DNA from: Paramecium tetraurelia
Lineage: Eukaryota
DNA: 64,000 nucleotides
NCBI GenBank assembly: GCA_000165425.1
Contig: CT867994.1
Span: 186,001 to 250,000, forward strand
Direction of reading: 5' to 3'
Shown here: positions 1-13,544 of the stretch, one piece after another
Layout: every line of letters begins with the position of its first letter
Numbering within the stretch: position 1 is the first letter of the stretch
The notes under the pieces: generated by a model
What the model was told of the DNA's origin: nothing
Seen by the model: only the letters and a program-made list of their open reading frames with translations
Database searches by the model: none
Program-made: the position numbers and the translations under genes

Positions 1-481
1 TTATTTCTTTTATTTTTACAGTTCTAATGATGACATAAGTGAGGGGTTTTTCAACTTCTACTTTTGCTACTTCTTAATTTATTTATATTGATTCCTCTAC
101 TTTTGGTTTTATTTAAGGCAAAGGTTTTTTTATTTTTTTATTTTTCGTTAACTTAGGCTTTTAACAGATTGTTTTCTTCTCTTCAATTATTTTAACTTTT
201 TCAATCGTTCCCTATGATTATGACTGTTGTTATTATAATTATGTGCTGAAATTATTTTATTATTTTTTAATAGGAACAAACTTTCTCTACTCAATTACTT
301 CAGGTTTAGATGCACTTATTTTAGGTACAAGGGGTATGAGGATTTGAGTACCAAAGGCTTGAAAGTTTTATTGTTTTTTCTGATTGATCATTTTCGATAA
401 GTTATGATTTTTGATATTATTTATAACAAAGAGGGGAATAGGATAATAATATTATAATTGAATAATTTTTGATTTGGACAT
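1..481 (-). CDS. Hypothetical Q/K-rich protein, runs off the window start
   Basis: ATG at 481; code-6 frame MSKSKIIQLQYYYPIPLFVINNIK...LIPLVPKISASKPEVIEQRKF; head-to-head with the Myb gene. Confidence 0.65.
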
Positions 482-516
482 GAATGAATTGAATTTTAAT
501 AAAAAAATTAATTATA

Positions 517-1653
517 ATGGCTTAGGTTAATAAGAGGAAGCAATCTAAATCTTTGGATGATAGTGAAGTAGCAATTATCAAATTAAGTGATAGTATAGGG
601 TGAAGCAGTGTAAGGTCGGTGGATAAAGGAAGAGCATTAGAGATTCGTAGAGGCATTGAGCTTACATGGAAAGAATTGGAAGAAAGTTGAGGAATATGTT
701 GGTACAAGAAGTGGAGCATAAATCAGGTAATTTTGTATACGATAGTTTCATCAGATCTCATGCTCAGAAATTTTTCAATCGTTTAGAGAAAGAGTTTAAT
801 TAATAATTTAATGGACTGAAGAGTTCGGAGATCAAGGAAATCTTCGAAAACAAGAAATTTCATTAATTTTCTGAAGGAGATTACATGCAAATGAAATAGA
901 AGAACAACTCTATCATGGGTATGACATCATATTTTTATATTTATTTTTAGATGTATCTGACGATGAAGTCCAGATAAATGTGGAGTCTATGCAAATGGAA
1001 TCCAACCAATAATAGCAATAAATTAAAGCCCAATTGCAATAAGGTATACTTGACCTCAATCTGCCTGACTCCCAAACTCATAATCCTACTAAAGAATAAG
1101 TCACGAAATATTAGTAATAATAAAGGAAAATCCAAAAAAAACTATAAGATGTTTAAGACATGAATCAACTACCAGATGAACTCCTTAAAGAAATTTGCAT
1201 TTTGCACAAAGAAAAAGGACAGATCATGGCTATTTAACAGATTCAAAATGCCTATCAATCCATCTCAGAAGTCAATCTGAATGATGAATTGCAGAATCAA
1301 CAAATACATCAAGAGTAGAAGCAACCCTCCACCCTGGATCAAGATAAAAACTAAGAATCTAGGCCAGGAAATGATGAGTCCTTTTTTCATTTTATCATGT
1401 ATTCAATACATCATTAAAATCCAGGGCCAAAATTTCAAAGTATTTAAAGAATAGGAAATTGAGTTTATCTGATTTAATAAATGTACCTAAATCTGAATAA
1501 GAGATCCAATTAGATTCTCATCCACAAAAATGTGATCAACAGCAAGAGGCTGAAGGACAAAGAAGTAGAAAACAATCATTTACTTTTTATAACGATTAAG
1601 ACGAAGATAACGAAGCTCGATATTAGAATCTTAAGAAAACTAAAAAAGATTGA
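517..1653 (+). CDS. SHAQKYF-class Myb-like transcription factor
   Basis: After splicing short GT-AG introns: GRWIKEEHQRFVEALSLHGKNWKKVEEYVGTRSGAQIRSHAQKFFNRL; TGA at 1651-1653. Confidence 0.92.
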
Positions 1654-1707
1654 GATGCAACTATTTAATATAGTTTATTTTATATTTTATTTAACAGAAT
1701 CCCTTAA

Positions 1708-4700
1708 ATGAACACTTACCCCGCTTCTCAATAATTCAGCCCTTACTCTGTTACCAAGCAGCCTTAAGCATAACAAGTTTAACGATCGACACCATTTGAT
1801 GAAGATAATGAAACTTCTAATAGTGGATCTTAAATATTCAATTAAGTTTAAGTCGGAGCCTAAAATGGTGTTAATTTGGATGAGTTATTTGATGATAACC
1901 CAGTCAAATCCAATCAAGATTTCCCTTTTTGGGAATAAGACTCACAAAAAGGATAACCTTAAATAAATACTAAGAATGCTGAAAATTCTTTGTTTAATTT
2001 TGAATAAAATTCTAACAATTAAATATTTGGAATAAATCCCTTCTATTAAACCTAAACACCTTAAGATGTAGGGAAATTGCAGCAATAGAATTAAGCCCAA
2101 AACACTTAAGGTGTAGCACAACTGTAAAAATCGAATATTAACAATAAAAATTAAATTCTAGACGAATTTGATGAAATGTTTGAAAAAAGTTCTCAGGATG
2201 TATCTCAACAAGGTGAATAAGGATTAAAAGTCCATTAAATTTAATAGAATAATCAACAGCCATTTAATTTTGAATAATAATAATAATAATAATAAATATA
2301 GCCTAAAGTTTAGAATACAGATTTAGATGGGTTCTCTTTTCCATTTTTTTAAGACACTTTACCACCCTTTTAAATTAATTAAAATACCAACTAATTTTAA
2401 GGGATTTAAACAACAAATTAATAAAATAGAGATGTAAATTAATTTAAATTTAATGAAATTTTTAATTAACCATCAGATACAAACCTATAATTGTAGGTTG
2501 ACAATAAATTACATACTCCACCCAGTTAGTCTTAAATAATCCAATCCTAGAAATCATTGAACGAAAAGCATATTCCCAATTCAAATAATAGCTCATCAAT
2601 TAAGCAATAGCCATAGTAAACATTATAATTTCCTATTTATAACAACATACCTCATCAAGAAGCAAACAAATAACCTTCACAATTAAATTTTAGCCTAGAT
2701 TTAGATTAAGGTAATAAACAGCAGAAAAGTGTAAGCAATTCTTAAAGAGATGATTCTGATCTACCTTGGGATGACGTACAAAAATCTTAGGCATAGCAAA
2801 AGGCTTTTGATTTTTTTTAAGGACCTAATTTCTTCGAAATTAATAAAGAATTAAATTAATAGCCAACTGAATAGGTTTAAAATAAGGAAAGGTTTAACTT
2901 ATGGCAAATAGATAATAATGAATAATTTAATAATAATCTGTTTTAATAAGCAATCTTCAATGATGAGTTAAACTTATAATAAAATTAAGACATTTTCAAT
3001 AAAGAGCATTAGGCTATTCCATCTTCCAATTCTTTTGATCAATTTAATTTGAATGAACATGACAATAAAACCTAATTTCAGGCATAAAACTAATAAGGTT
3101 CCAATTAATTTGATTTCCTTTAGTGGAAACAACAAAATACAGTCTAATCGGAAAGTGATGATGTATTGGGGTAATTTTAATAGAAATTAGACTTGCCTTA
3201 AAAAGAGGATGACTCAGATCAAAAAATATAGAATCAACAAACAAATTAATTTGAATTTCCATACTGGAATGAAAAATAAGCTAAGGCTTAATCGGAAAGT
3301 TAATCTTCAGTGAAAGATGCAGAGGAAAAATTTGAGTTTGGATGGAATAATATTTAATAGGGAAATTTCTAATAAGATAATCAATTTTCAAATTGGGATG
3401 GAGATGAAATGAATTAATAATAGAAGATTGACTATTTTCATAAGGATAACTTTGATCAACACAGGAAACCTTCACATGATTAGGAAGGCTCATAACATGA
3501 ACAACAATCAGTCCATAATTCTGAATCGCCTACTTAATAGATTACACTTTATGGGAATTAAGGTCAAGAGAAAGAAAATAAACTCAGATTTGTTTAGGAT
3601 GAAGGATTTTATGATTAGAAGGATAATCAGAAAATCAATTTTGATTCGTTTGATTAAAGGGAGAACTTTATTGATGAATCAAAGGTAATTCAATAATCTT
3701 AAAATAAAACACAGTCATTTGAATTTCCATCATCAGTTTAAATGGGTTTCCATAGTGTGAGAGAAAGCAAAGAAGATAATAATAAGGAATAAACATATGC
3801 TGATTAAATTATGGAATTATTATTGCCTAAAATTGCAGAGATTACTTAAACTTTGAGTAACGATTTTATGAACACTGCAGGCAATTATTAGTAAGAAGGG
3901 CAAAATGTATTATATGAGGGAATTTACAATATTTTATAAAATGAAAAGAGAAGAATTGGATAGAAGAAAGAGAAATATATAAATTAGTAAGTTTAGATAA
4001 TAGAGGATATCATCGTGCAATACGATAATAAGACTCATTAATTGTAGGAGTAAATTATCAAGGTCAAGGAGGAATAGCAAAAGGAAAGGTAGAAATCATC
4101 AGGTAATATGAGTTTTGATTCAATTGAGATAAAGAAATCTAAATAAATAAATGAGTAAATTGAAGAATCACCAATTTAGAATATTTAATTATAAGTTAGT
4201 CCAAACCCATATACGCCATAAAATTCTTAGGAGAAACCTCACATTCCATTTTAACTAATACACCAAACATAATCTAAGTTTTTAAATGAAAGTGTAATAA
4301 GTCAAGATAACAAAGAGGAAGACCTAATCAAATTTTAAACAAATTATGTGTTCTAAAGACAAATGTTGAAGGGATTGTAATTGAACGAAATACAGAAATT
4401 TAAAAAGCAATGTTTGAGTGATTAAGTAGTATTACTAGAAACACAAGAATTGATGGTTACATAAATTTCAGAGAAGAAGGATAGCTCAAATTAAGAATAT
4501 AAAACTACATTAATTTATAAAAATAAGGGGAGCAAAGGGATCTAAAATTTAATTGTTTGCTTTGAAGGAAAAAAATGTATAAGTTTACTTAATATTAGTA
4601 AAAAATGGCTTTTAAGCTTATCCATAGAAAATAGCCCATCAAATTTTAAAGCCTGGGGAATCAATAAAGTAAGAGATCAGATTTAGATGTTATGATCAAT

Positions 4701-5242
4701 TAGAAGTATATTTGAATTGCTATTTAATATACACAGTTATGGATAATAGATTTTATGGGAGTCAAGGATAATAGGGGAGTTAAAACAATGAGCTTATGTA
4801 TAGATCATAGGTGAGTTATCAAGGTTACAATAATTCATATTATAATTAATTCTCTTAAGGGTAAGGTAACACTTCATATGATAGGGATTCTAAGAGAACC
4901 TATCAATTTATAATAGGGAGACCAGTCAACAGATTCTTCGCATACAATTACTGGACGGCGGAGGAACTTAATGAATACAAGATGAGATATCAAGGGGAGG
5001 AATTTCCGTTGAAGTCGTTGGAAGAATTAATAATATATCACCCTTGGTTGGTGTAATTAGACAAATCGACTCTGTGTGGGAAGGTGTTGATTCGGTTGGA
5101 AGAGAATGATTATGACTTTGTTGTGAAGGTAGTGTTGAAGGATCAGAAGGGTGTGATAAAAATGAATCAGACGGATATGGAATAAAAGTTATGTGAACAT
5201 TTACTAAGTTTTTTAAGTTTTCTATTTTTTAAATTATATTGA
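1708..5242 (+). CDS. ~1170-aa protein with a long Q/N/F-rich disordered region and a C-terminal alpha-adaptin appendage (ear)-like domain
   Basis: Long code-6 frame with one 22-nt intron (~4577-4598). C-terminus FKKQCLSDQVVLLETQEL...LIYKNKG...LKPGESIKQEIRFRC...RPVNRFF resembles the AP-2 alpha ear sandwich and platform. Confidence 0.75.
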
Positions 5243-5262
5243 TTTATGTTAATGAAAATATA

Positions 5263-6417
5263 TCACAAGATCTTTCCTACATGGATTTTGTACCCAAATT
5301 TGTTTAATTCTCTGTTAATAATTTTGGCTGCATAGGGCAATCTATAGAATGGGATTTGAGGGAATAGATGATGTTCTGTTTAGAATTACATTCCTCCCAT
5401 TATTAAATTGGATAACCAATCTATATAGATTTAATTAAAATACCTGTCCAATCGTAATTTCTAGAGGTGATGATTTAATGTTCAATGAATGGTTTGTCAA
5501 TCTTTTTGTAGAATTTATATTCTCTTTCGTGGTTTCCAATTAGAATGCATGCACTGAAGAATCCTGCAATGTATTGGGCAACCAAATAGATCCAAATCTT
5601 CTATTAGAATACAATAATCTGATGTAGTAACACATAGAGGATGTCAATTTTGTTATAGGATGCAAGGACTGAATCGAATTTCCACCTGTTAAAATTTAAA
5701 TAAATAGTTACTTCAAATAGAGGAATCCGTATTACCACTTTTAATAGGTGTGATCTATGTCATCATCCTTACCAATTCGATTCGTGAAGATGTGATGGTT
5801 GTTGTGTTTGAATTACCACCAATCGGCAGAGAATCCGTGAATAATACCGTAGGGAATGGACAACTTATACAATAATGGATTTCGATTGTGATTTGTTGAA
5901 TGGCCTTACCATCTAAGTGTTATAATATATATATTAAATACCCAGCTATTATCTAAGTCAATGCGATTGTTGGAATGGCGATGTACCAATCAGTTGTGAC
6001 ACCTAGGTATAATCCGAGGCTCAAGGCTAATAAGAGAGCGATTTCGATAGTCCAATCTGGGTGAAAGAGATCCTTGACCTACTTCTTGATATGAGAATAT
6101 CGTTTGCTATCCTCTGATTCCTTGAGATCAGTGCGTACAACCTTTTAAGATTTCAATATTTTCAATGCCTTCTTTGAATGTAAGCATCTACCATATGAAT
6201 ACATAAATATACCTAAAATATTCTGTGATGTCCTGTTTCTCATCCTTCATTTTATCCAAGAAGCTTCTTCCTGCAGGGTGTTTAGGAACGTATTCTGTTA
6301 CATCATATTCTTTGTTCTTGTAAATGAATCTGAAAACCTAAGACTCAAAGTTAAGTTTACTTCTCTACTCTCGGGTGTTTAAATTCCATTATTGTTCGGT
6401 TCTGGTAATGGTGACAT
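5263..6417 (-). CDS. Cytochrome b5-fused front-end fatty acid desaturase (delta5/delta6-like)
   Basis: YDVTEYVPKHPAG heme motif; His boxes GHSTNHN, HNNHH and QTEHHLFP, whose Q is encoded by TAA. Confidence 0.93.
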
Positions 6418-6498
6418 CTGATATTCTAATAAATTAATAATATCTTTATTAAATTTGATTAATTTTTTCACTTTAAATTTGGTATTTATATATATATT

Positions 6499-7573
6499 AT
6501 GAATAAAAATAATAGAAGCGAAGAACTCTTAAGAGAACAATATTGTAAAACCCAAGCCGAACGGATTCTGGACAAACAACTATTCAAAAAGACTAAAGTA
6601 ATTTACTCTATAAATTAGGGATAACACTTGCATTAAATGGAAAAGTAGATTTATGGAGATTAGAATAAAAAAGTGAAAGTCGAGGAAAGTTCATAGAAAG
6701 AGCAAATGAGTTGCTAATAAGCAATGGGCTTAGTCCTCAAATATTTAAATAATGACAATAAGATATTCACTGCTCTTAATAAAATTAAGTTGCTAATTAA
6801 GGAATTTAAAAACAAGTTCTATGATTACCATTTATTGTAAATACTTTATTGCATATCAATAACTAAGTATTAATTCAAGCAACACGAATGTGATTAATTG
6901 GTTATCGAAATCTTTGATCTCTGTCAAATGCCTCAATACACATAGGTAATGGATATATTAAGAATTCAATTGCAAACCAAAATCAAACTTCAAACTGATG
7001 ACACCTACTTATTTAACAATATGCTTAAGGAATTGAAGAAGATAATAGATGATTTGAACACTCTTCAAGCATTACAACCAGTAGATATTCTCAAATTGAA
7101 CTCACTATCATAGATTGAGGCATATGAATACGAAATTCTACCTGAGTTCGATCAATTTATTGTAATATCTTTGATATATTGTAGAATGACAAAGAGACAC
7201 AAAGAAAATAACAACAATAGTATGTGATTAATTGTTTGGAAGTGTTGATTGATCAATTCAAATATCAATGGGCCAAAACAAGCATTCATACATTCATTCA
7301 GAATTTGAATTTTAATCAAAAGTAAGAGATGTTCTCACTTTTATTATTAGGCAATAATTTGATGAATCTTTCAGAAAATAAATTGATGATATTATAAGCA
7401 AGATTTAGAATGCTAAAATACTTTATAATGCTAGTAATGATAGGGAGATGGTTTAGAATGCGAAGGTGATGCAGGATTATTTGAAACCCATTCATGATGT
7501 TGTGGATAGTCGAGCTGTGGTGAATACAGGGGATGGTTTGGATTAGTGGGGTTTGAAATAGACTGGATTATGA
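6499..7573 (+). CDS. Hypothetical protein
   Basis: MNKNNRSEELLREQYCKTQAERIL..., several 21-30 nt introns, ends GLDQWGLKQTGL-TGA. Confidence 0.7.
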
Positions 7574-7610
7574 TAAAAATATATTCTTAAGTTCGTTATA
7601 AAATAAAATA

Positions 7611-7674
7611 AATTTCAGTCGGGAATTGTTATATCATGGTATTCATGTCGAAGCGTTAAAGATCATCATTATTA
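7611..7674 (-). ncRNA. Candidate box C/D snoRNA
   Basis: Intergenic. Minus strand reads C box ATGATGA (7669-7663), 16-nt guide, D' ATGA, 5-nt spacer, C' ATGATAT, 12-nt guide, D box CTGA (7618-7615). Confidence 0.6.
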
Positions 7675-7701
7675 TAGAGACTGATGTGATTATAAATAAT
7701 T

Positions 7702-9285
7702 ATGGAGTAAGAAGTTCCTCATAATAATATGGGTTTGATTCTAATTAATTTATGCTTTATAATAGTTTTTTTAAGTCAAAGAATCAGAGTCCTTATTCTG
7801 TCAAACCGAAATAGCAAATGAGATAGAGTTCATTTGAGAAACCGAAGAAAGAACGATTGCGATTGCAGTTATCTAGCAAAATTGATCAATTTGAAAAGGA
7901 AGCCATATTGAGTGTTGTGAATTCAAAAAAGAAATCAGCTAGCAAAAGATTTGTAATAGTGTTGATTAATTTAGAAAACAGAACAAGGAATAGATATAAT
8001 TGATGATTTCTTAACTTTGGATTCATGCATTACCAAATAACAATCTAAATCAAGATCTTTTAGCAACGCATTTCCTTCAAATAAAAGTGCAGATAGAAAA
8101 TCAAACATTCTGAATAGTGCTAGTAAAAGACAAAAAAGTAGTAATTAGAAACAGACACTGGATGAGGATTAACAATCAGATAATTTCCCAACATAATTTC
8201 AAAAGATTAAGTTACTTGGAAAGGGAGGATTCTCTCTGGTTTGGTTGGGAGAACACAAAACAACGAAAATGAGAGTTGCAATTAAGCAAATCAAACAATC
8301 CAATTCGAATCAAGCCTATCTAAGAGAGATTTGGTTTGGATCTCACTTTTTCGACAACGGAAATCCAAAACCTTAATTCAAATCCTCCGTTGGGATTAAG
8401 AGCTTATTGCAATATCTGGGATATGAGATAGGATCTACTGACACTTGGATTTTCACAGAAGTATGTGGAGAAAGTCTAAAAAATACACTTTACGAATTGA
8501 AAGGACAATAAATTAAAAATGAAATTGTATTCAAAGTAATTAATCATGTCAATATTCAAGATGATCTAAAAACCCTTATATCTACATTTAAAATCTGACC
8601 TTAATATTCTCAAAAAGATTATTAAAGATGTCGCTCAAGCCTTAATACTATTGACTGAATAGCGGATTGTACATTGTGATCTCAAAACAGAAAATATCCT
8701 CATTAAAAAATCGAAATGTCTGAATGGATCCTACCTTATCACATAAACCAAACTGATAGATTATGGAAGCAGCTTCATGTTTGATGATCTATCCTAATTC
8801 TCTATGGCTACTCCTGAGTACATGTGTCCGGAAATCTTGAATTATATACAATACGAAAATGGCAAGGAATACGATACCAAATTATTCAAAGTCCTATCAA
8901 ATTATTATAAACCTTGGGTAATTGACATATGGTCATTGGGATGTGTAATTTTAGAAATAGTTTATGGAATTCCCCTCTGGCTGAGCAATAAGATCATTGT
9001 TAGGCATCATGACAAGGATGTGATTGAACAAGGCCTATTTGCGGTGAAGAATAGAGAATTTGATCAGATTATACAGAGACAAGCTCATGTTGTTAAAAAT
9101 TTGGACCATTACCTAGATAATAATTATTCAGGTATTTTTATTGGTATACTTATTGTAGGGATCAAAGTCGATCTAGAAATTAGGCTCTTACTTCGAGAAA
9201 TGCTGACGATTGATCCAGACAAAAGGATTGCTCCGCATACCATAATTGAATTTCTTTAACCTACTAAGGAGAGATTGAGAACTGA
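7702..9285 (+). CDS. Ser/Thr protein kinase, DYRK/CMGC-like
   Basis: LLGKGGFSLVW, VAIK, HCDLKTENIL, DYGSS, TPEYMCPE, DIWSLGC motifs. Confidence 0.9.
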
Positions 9286-9799
9286 ATGATATATGATATT
9301 TATTAGATTTGATACCTTGATGTGACTATTATTTCCAAAATTAGAATTAATATATTAATCAATAATAAATATTCATTTCTGCGATAAATAAGACATATCG
9401 CCAACTCAGGAGTTAATTTAAAATGAGATCGCCTTTTAATTACTTAATTAAAATTACATTAAAGAGAAATAATAAATTCAAGAACAGAATTTAAATAGGA
9501 TACTTACTAAAGTTCCAGCAAAAATAAGTAAACGAATAGATTGGATATGCAATTCTTGTAAGTAATTTATTGAATTAAGCTTGAATCAATTAAATATGAT
9601 ATGCTAAAAAAACTTAACTTAGAGATTAACGGAATTTAAAAAGTCTCAATTTTAGGGCAAGTCAACTAATTCTAATTTCTTCGATATCTAACTATCTTAA
9701 ATCAGGTTATTTTTTAAAAATTCCTTAATTTTTCCAGACTACACGAAGAAGATCTGGATCGAATTTGATTATATAATAAATTAATTTTCAAAGAAATAA

Positions 9800-11360
9800 A
9801 TGAAAAAGAAATCTGTATCTACAAGTGCGTCGCTTCCAATGCCTTACTTTAATGTGTACTTCAAAATTCACTATCATACTCAACCAGGAAAGGCAATTTA
9901 TATAGTAGGCGATTGTAACATACTTGGTAATTGGGTCTCTACCAAAGGAGTGCGTCTACAATGGAATGAGGTATCATTTGAATGATAGTTTTGTAAGAAT
10001 GATGAATGGACAGTTTGTGTTAAAATAGATCGATCTCAATATGTGAAGATCGAGTACAAATTCATTGTTAATAATTATGATTATCCCACTTTGAATGATA
10101 CTTTATGGGAACCTGGAGAAAATAGAGTCATCACCAATCATATGATTGAGAATGAAACTAAATCTGAATATTTTAATTGTATTTAATAAATTAATTATTA
10201 AAGGTGAATACTGGGGATACAGAACAATTAAATTGAAATTAAATTACAATTTACCTGATAAGTAGAGAATGATGATAGTGGGCAGTATTGAATAATTAGG
10301 TTCATGGATTCACCCAGTACTCATGAAATAATAGTCTAAAATTGACATAAGTAATTTTGATTCAGTAAAAACTAGTAAGTAGAGAGATAGTGTAATAATG
10401 GTCGATCTCCTTTATTGTTGATTCTATGCACTTTTCATTCAGATATTTTTATGTTATTAGAAACGATGGTTCTATGATATGGGAGAGAGGTAACGGAAGA
10501 TATTTGAAATCTAGTGATCTCAAATCCTTCAGATTAGTTCAAGATCAATATTCGACATCCCCCATTAAAATCAAAACTTAAATGTTAACTGCCTGTCAAC
10601 ATCAGCGACTCCATAATAAGAAAAATGGGTCATTTTGCTCAGAAAAACAATAAAAGTTACAGAAATAAATCAGCATGGGATATTCATTTTCGGATAAAGA
10701 ACCATCCTTTTTTTATTATGAGTCCTTTGGGAGACTCAATAAATTGGACTGGAATTTTGTTGTATAATTCTCCATCACTCAAATAAATGAAAACATCATC
10801 ATCGGTCCTTATCCACAGAATGAATAAGACATAGTGGTATTAAAGGATTTTGGTGTTAAAGCTGTTCTGAATTTATAAACAAGATTGGATGTATATCATA
10901 GAGGAGTTGATTGGGATGAAATTTTATCGAGCTATAAGAAACATAATATTTAGATGAAGAACTTTGAAATCTTTGATATGGATCCATAAGATTTCGAAAA
11001 GAAAATACTTAAAGCTGTGTAAATACTCAAGAAATTAATCAATCAACATGAATCTGTATATATCCATTGCACATCTGGCATTGGAAGAGCACCCTCTCTT
11101 GCAGTAATTTATTTGTCCTCTGTCTTGCAAATTCCATTAAATGAGTCAATAGCCTTAGTGAAAAATAAGAGAGAACATTTTTATATTAACTTTAGTATTT
11201 ATTAGATATTTACATAGACATGTTGAAAAGGGCCCTCTAGAAAACTATGATTTATAATAGTGGGTTAGATTATGAAGACAACTTAGAAGTTATCGACTTT
11301 TAGATACAAAGCTCTGGCAAAATTAAAAAATAATAATTTGATTATAACCCACTTTATTGA
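9800..11360 (+). CDS. Laforin-like glucan phosphatase with two CBM20 domains and a dual-specificity phosphatase domain
   Basis: IVGDCNILGNW...EYKF...WEPGENR; second IVGSIEQLGSW...WERGNGR; DSP IIIGPYP, AVLNLQT, YIHCTSGIGRA. Confidence 0.88.
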
Positions 11361-11673
11361 GTTGAAGTAAAAAATGTGTTTAATTTTAAATCATATTTAT
11401 ATGAAAATATACCTTAATTCATTCAAGATCTACACTTTTATAAAGATTATAAAAAATTATGTAATGTAATAATTTAAATAATAATGATACAATAATTAGT
11501 TTGTTTAATTATAGAATATTATTAATTTATAATTAACAGTGTTTAATGCAACCAAAGAAGTATTTGAAAATTAACATTATGTTTTTCTAAAGTTGTTTTT
11601 CTACTAACAGAATATTTATTGAAATTATTTATTTCTTTTTAGTGATAAGATCAAAGTGATTTAATTATTAAAA

Positions 11674-13544
11674 ATGAAATATTTGTATAGAACCATCTTT
11701 CTCTTACTTATTATCATCAATGGAAGCTCAGCAGATAGAATCAAAGCTCGAAACAAACGGGTTCAAGAGGAAACTAACTAAACTACATGGGAACCAATTA
11801 GAATTTAATATTAGTTTGCCTAAGAAAATTATGAAATTGAGTACTAAGTGTTCTTTTAAAACTTATTATCTGTGGCATCTACATTCTTCACAAGATACTT
11901 TTTAGTACAAAGATTGACTGAGTAAATTACATTTGATACTCTTGATACAGAATACTTTGAAAAAAGAAATATTTCAACTTCACTTATCAGCAAACAGTTT
12001 GATGCAGACCTTGTAAATATCATAATCATTTAATGTTTAGCTCATCTTTTTCGTGATATTTTCAGATTCACAATCCTATAAAGCAAATTCTGGTTATTTT
12101 AAAACTGATCCTGAAACTAAAAGACCTACTGTAGGTTATATTTAATGGAATACATTTTACACCAATTTGACAAATATCACTAACTCTGATTTCGAATAGC
12201 ATGCCCAACGTTTAATTGCAGTTACTATGTATGATATGGGTTTCATTTTTTAAACATTTCCTACTTATTACGATAGTTCAACTAAGGAATCGTATTCTGA
12301 AGTTATTATTACTGAGGATGGAATTAGTTACTTATCGACACCTAGATTAAGAAATAAGATGAAATTGCATTTTAATTGCAGTTCGATCAAGGGAGCTTAA
12401 CTTGAAAATGAAGGTGGAAATGGTATTCAATTATCTCATTTGGAAAGAGCCGTGTTTTATAATGAAATTTTAACTAGTTCAATAATGGAAGGAAAAGTCG
12501 TTATATCTGACTTTACATTTTCACTATTTCAAGATAGTGGGTAATTGATCATTCAATAATTAGTTTCTATAATTTTATGGAATACTACCCAGATAAAGTG
12601 CAATGGGGAAAAAACAAGGAATGCGATTTTCTGACTAAATAATGTAAAGGAGAATTTGAAGAATTTTGTTAAGTAGAAAATGAGTAAGGATGCTCCTATT
12701 TAAATACTGGATAAGCAAAGTGTCAATCAGACAAGTATAGTAACGAATGCAAATATTTTTAAATCTAACTGGGATATGATTGTAAGGATAAATCATCTGC
12801 TGGAGGAGATTAAAACTAAGAAACATTTTAATATTTTGGATCTGATAGCATGTGTGTTAAAGGATCAATAAGTAAGAATTAAAGTGCTGCTAATTCATAA
12901 CAATCTAGTTGTTACTAATACTCTTGTGATTCAAATAATCAATTAAAGTTACTAATAGATGAAAAACAATATGATTGCTCATCATCTTAACCTTAAAAAC
13001 TAGATAAAGGTTATTTTGGATCATTGATATGTCCAAACAACCCTGAAGAATTTTGTAAATCATAAAATGATTGCGAAGATTAATGTAGTTAAAATGGATA
13101 TTGTTTAAATTAAATGGTATATAAATTTATCTATTAATTCTATAGTGCATATGTAAATTAGGATATTCAGGCAAAAGTTGTTCAGAAAATTGTTAAAACT
13201 ATAGATTCTAAAATGAATGTTTTGAATTGTGTCCAAAAAATTCATATGCTATTGCTTCTATTAAATATTGTGTTGGATGTCCTGGAGTAATTATTCAATC
13301 TATTTTATAGAATTGCTATATTTGTGAAAGTTATAATAAGTGTAAATCATGTCATTAAGGATACAAATTAAATGCAATAGGATTTTGTGATATTATCGAT
13401 CCTTTCTCTGACGGAGGAGAGGACGAGAATGAAACAGGCTCAGGAGAATAAGAGGATGAATAATACTTTGATCTATACTTTAACTATTAATATGAAAACG
13501 GATATATTATAGGAGCCACCATAATCTATTTGATATTATTATGA
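11674..13544 (+). CDS. Leishmanolysin/GP63 (M8)-like surface protein lacking HExxH, with a Cys-rich/EGF-like C-terminus and hydrophobic tail
   Basis: Signal peptide; WEPIRI, RPTVG, STPR, HFNC, GAQLENEGG, SHLE, FQDSG, WGKNKECDFL motifs. Confidence 0.88.

Noticed and set aside
9402..9413. 12-mer CAACTCAGGAGT shared with intergenic 53580-53591
   Set aside because: 12-mer coincidences are expected by chance in 64 kb
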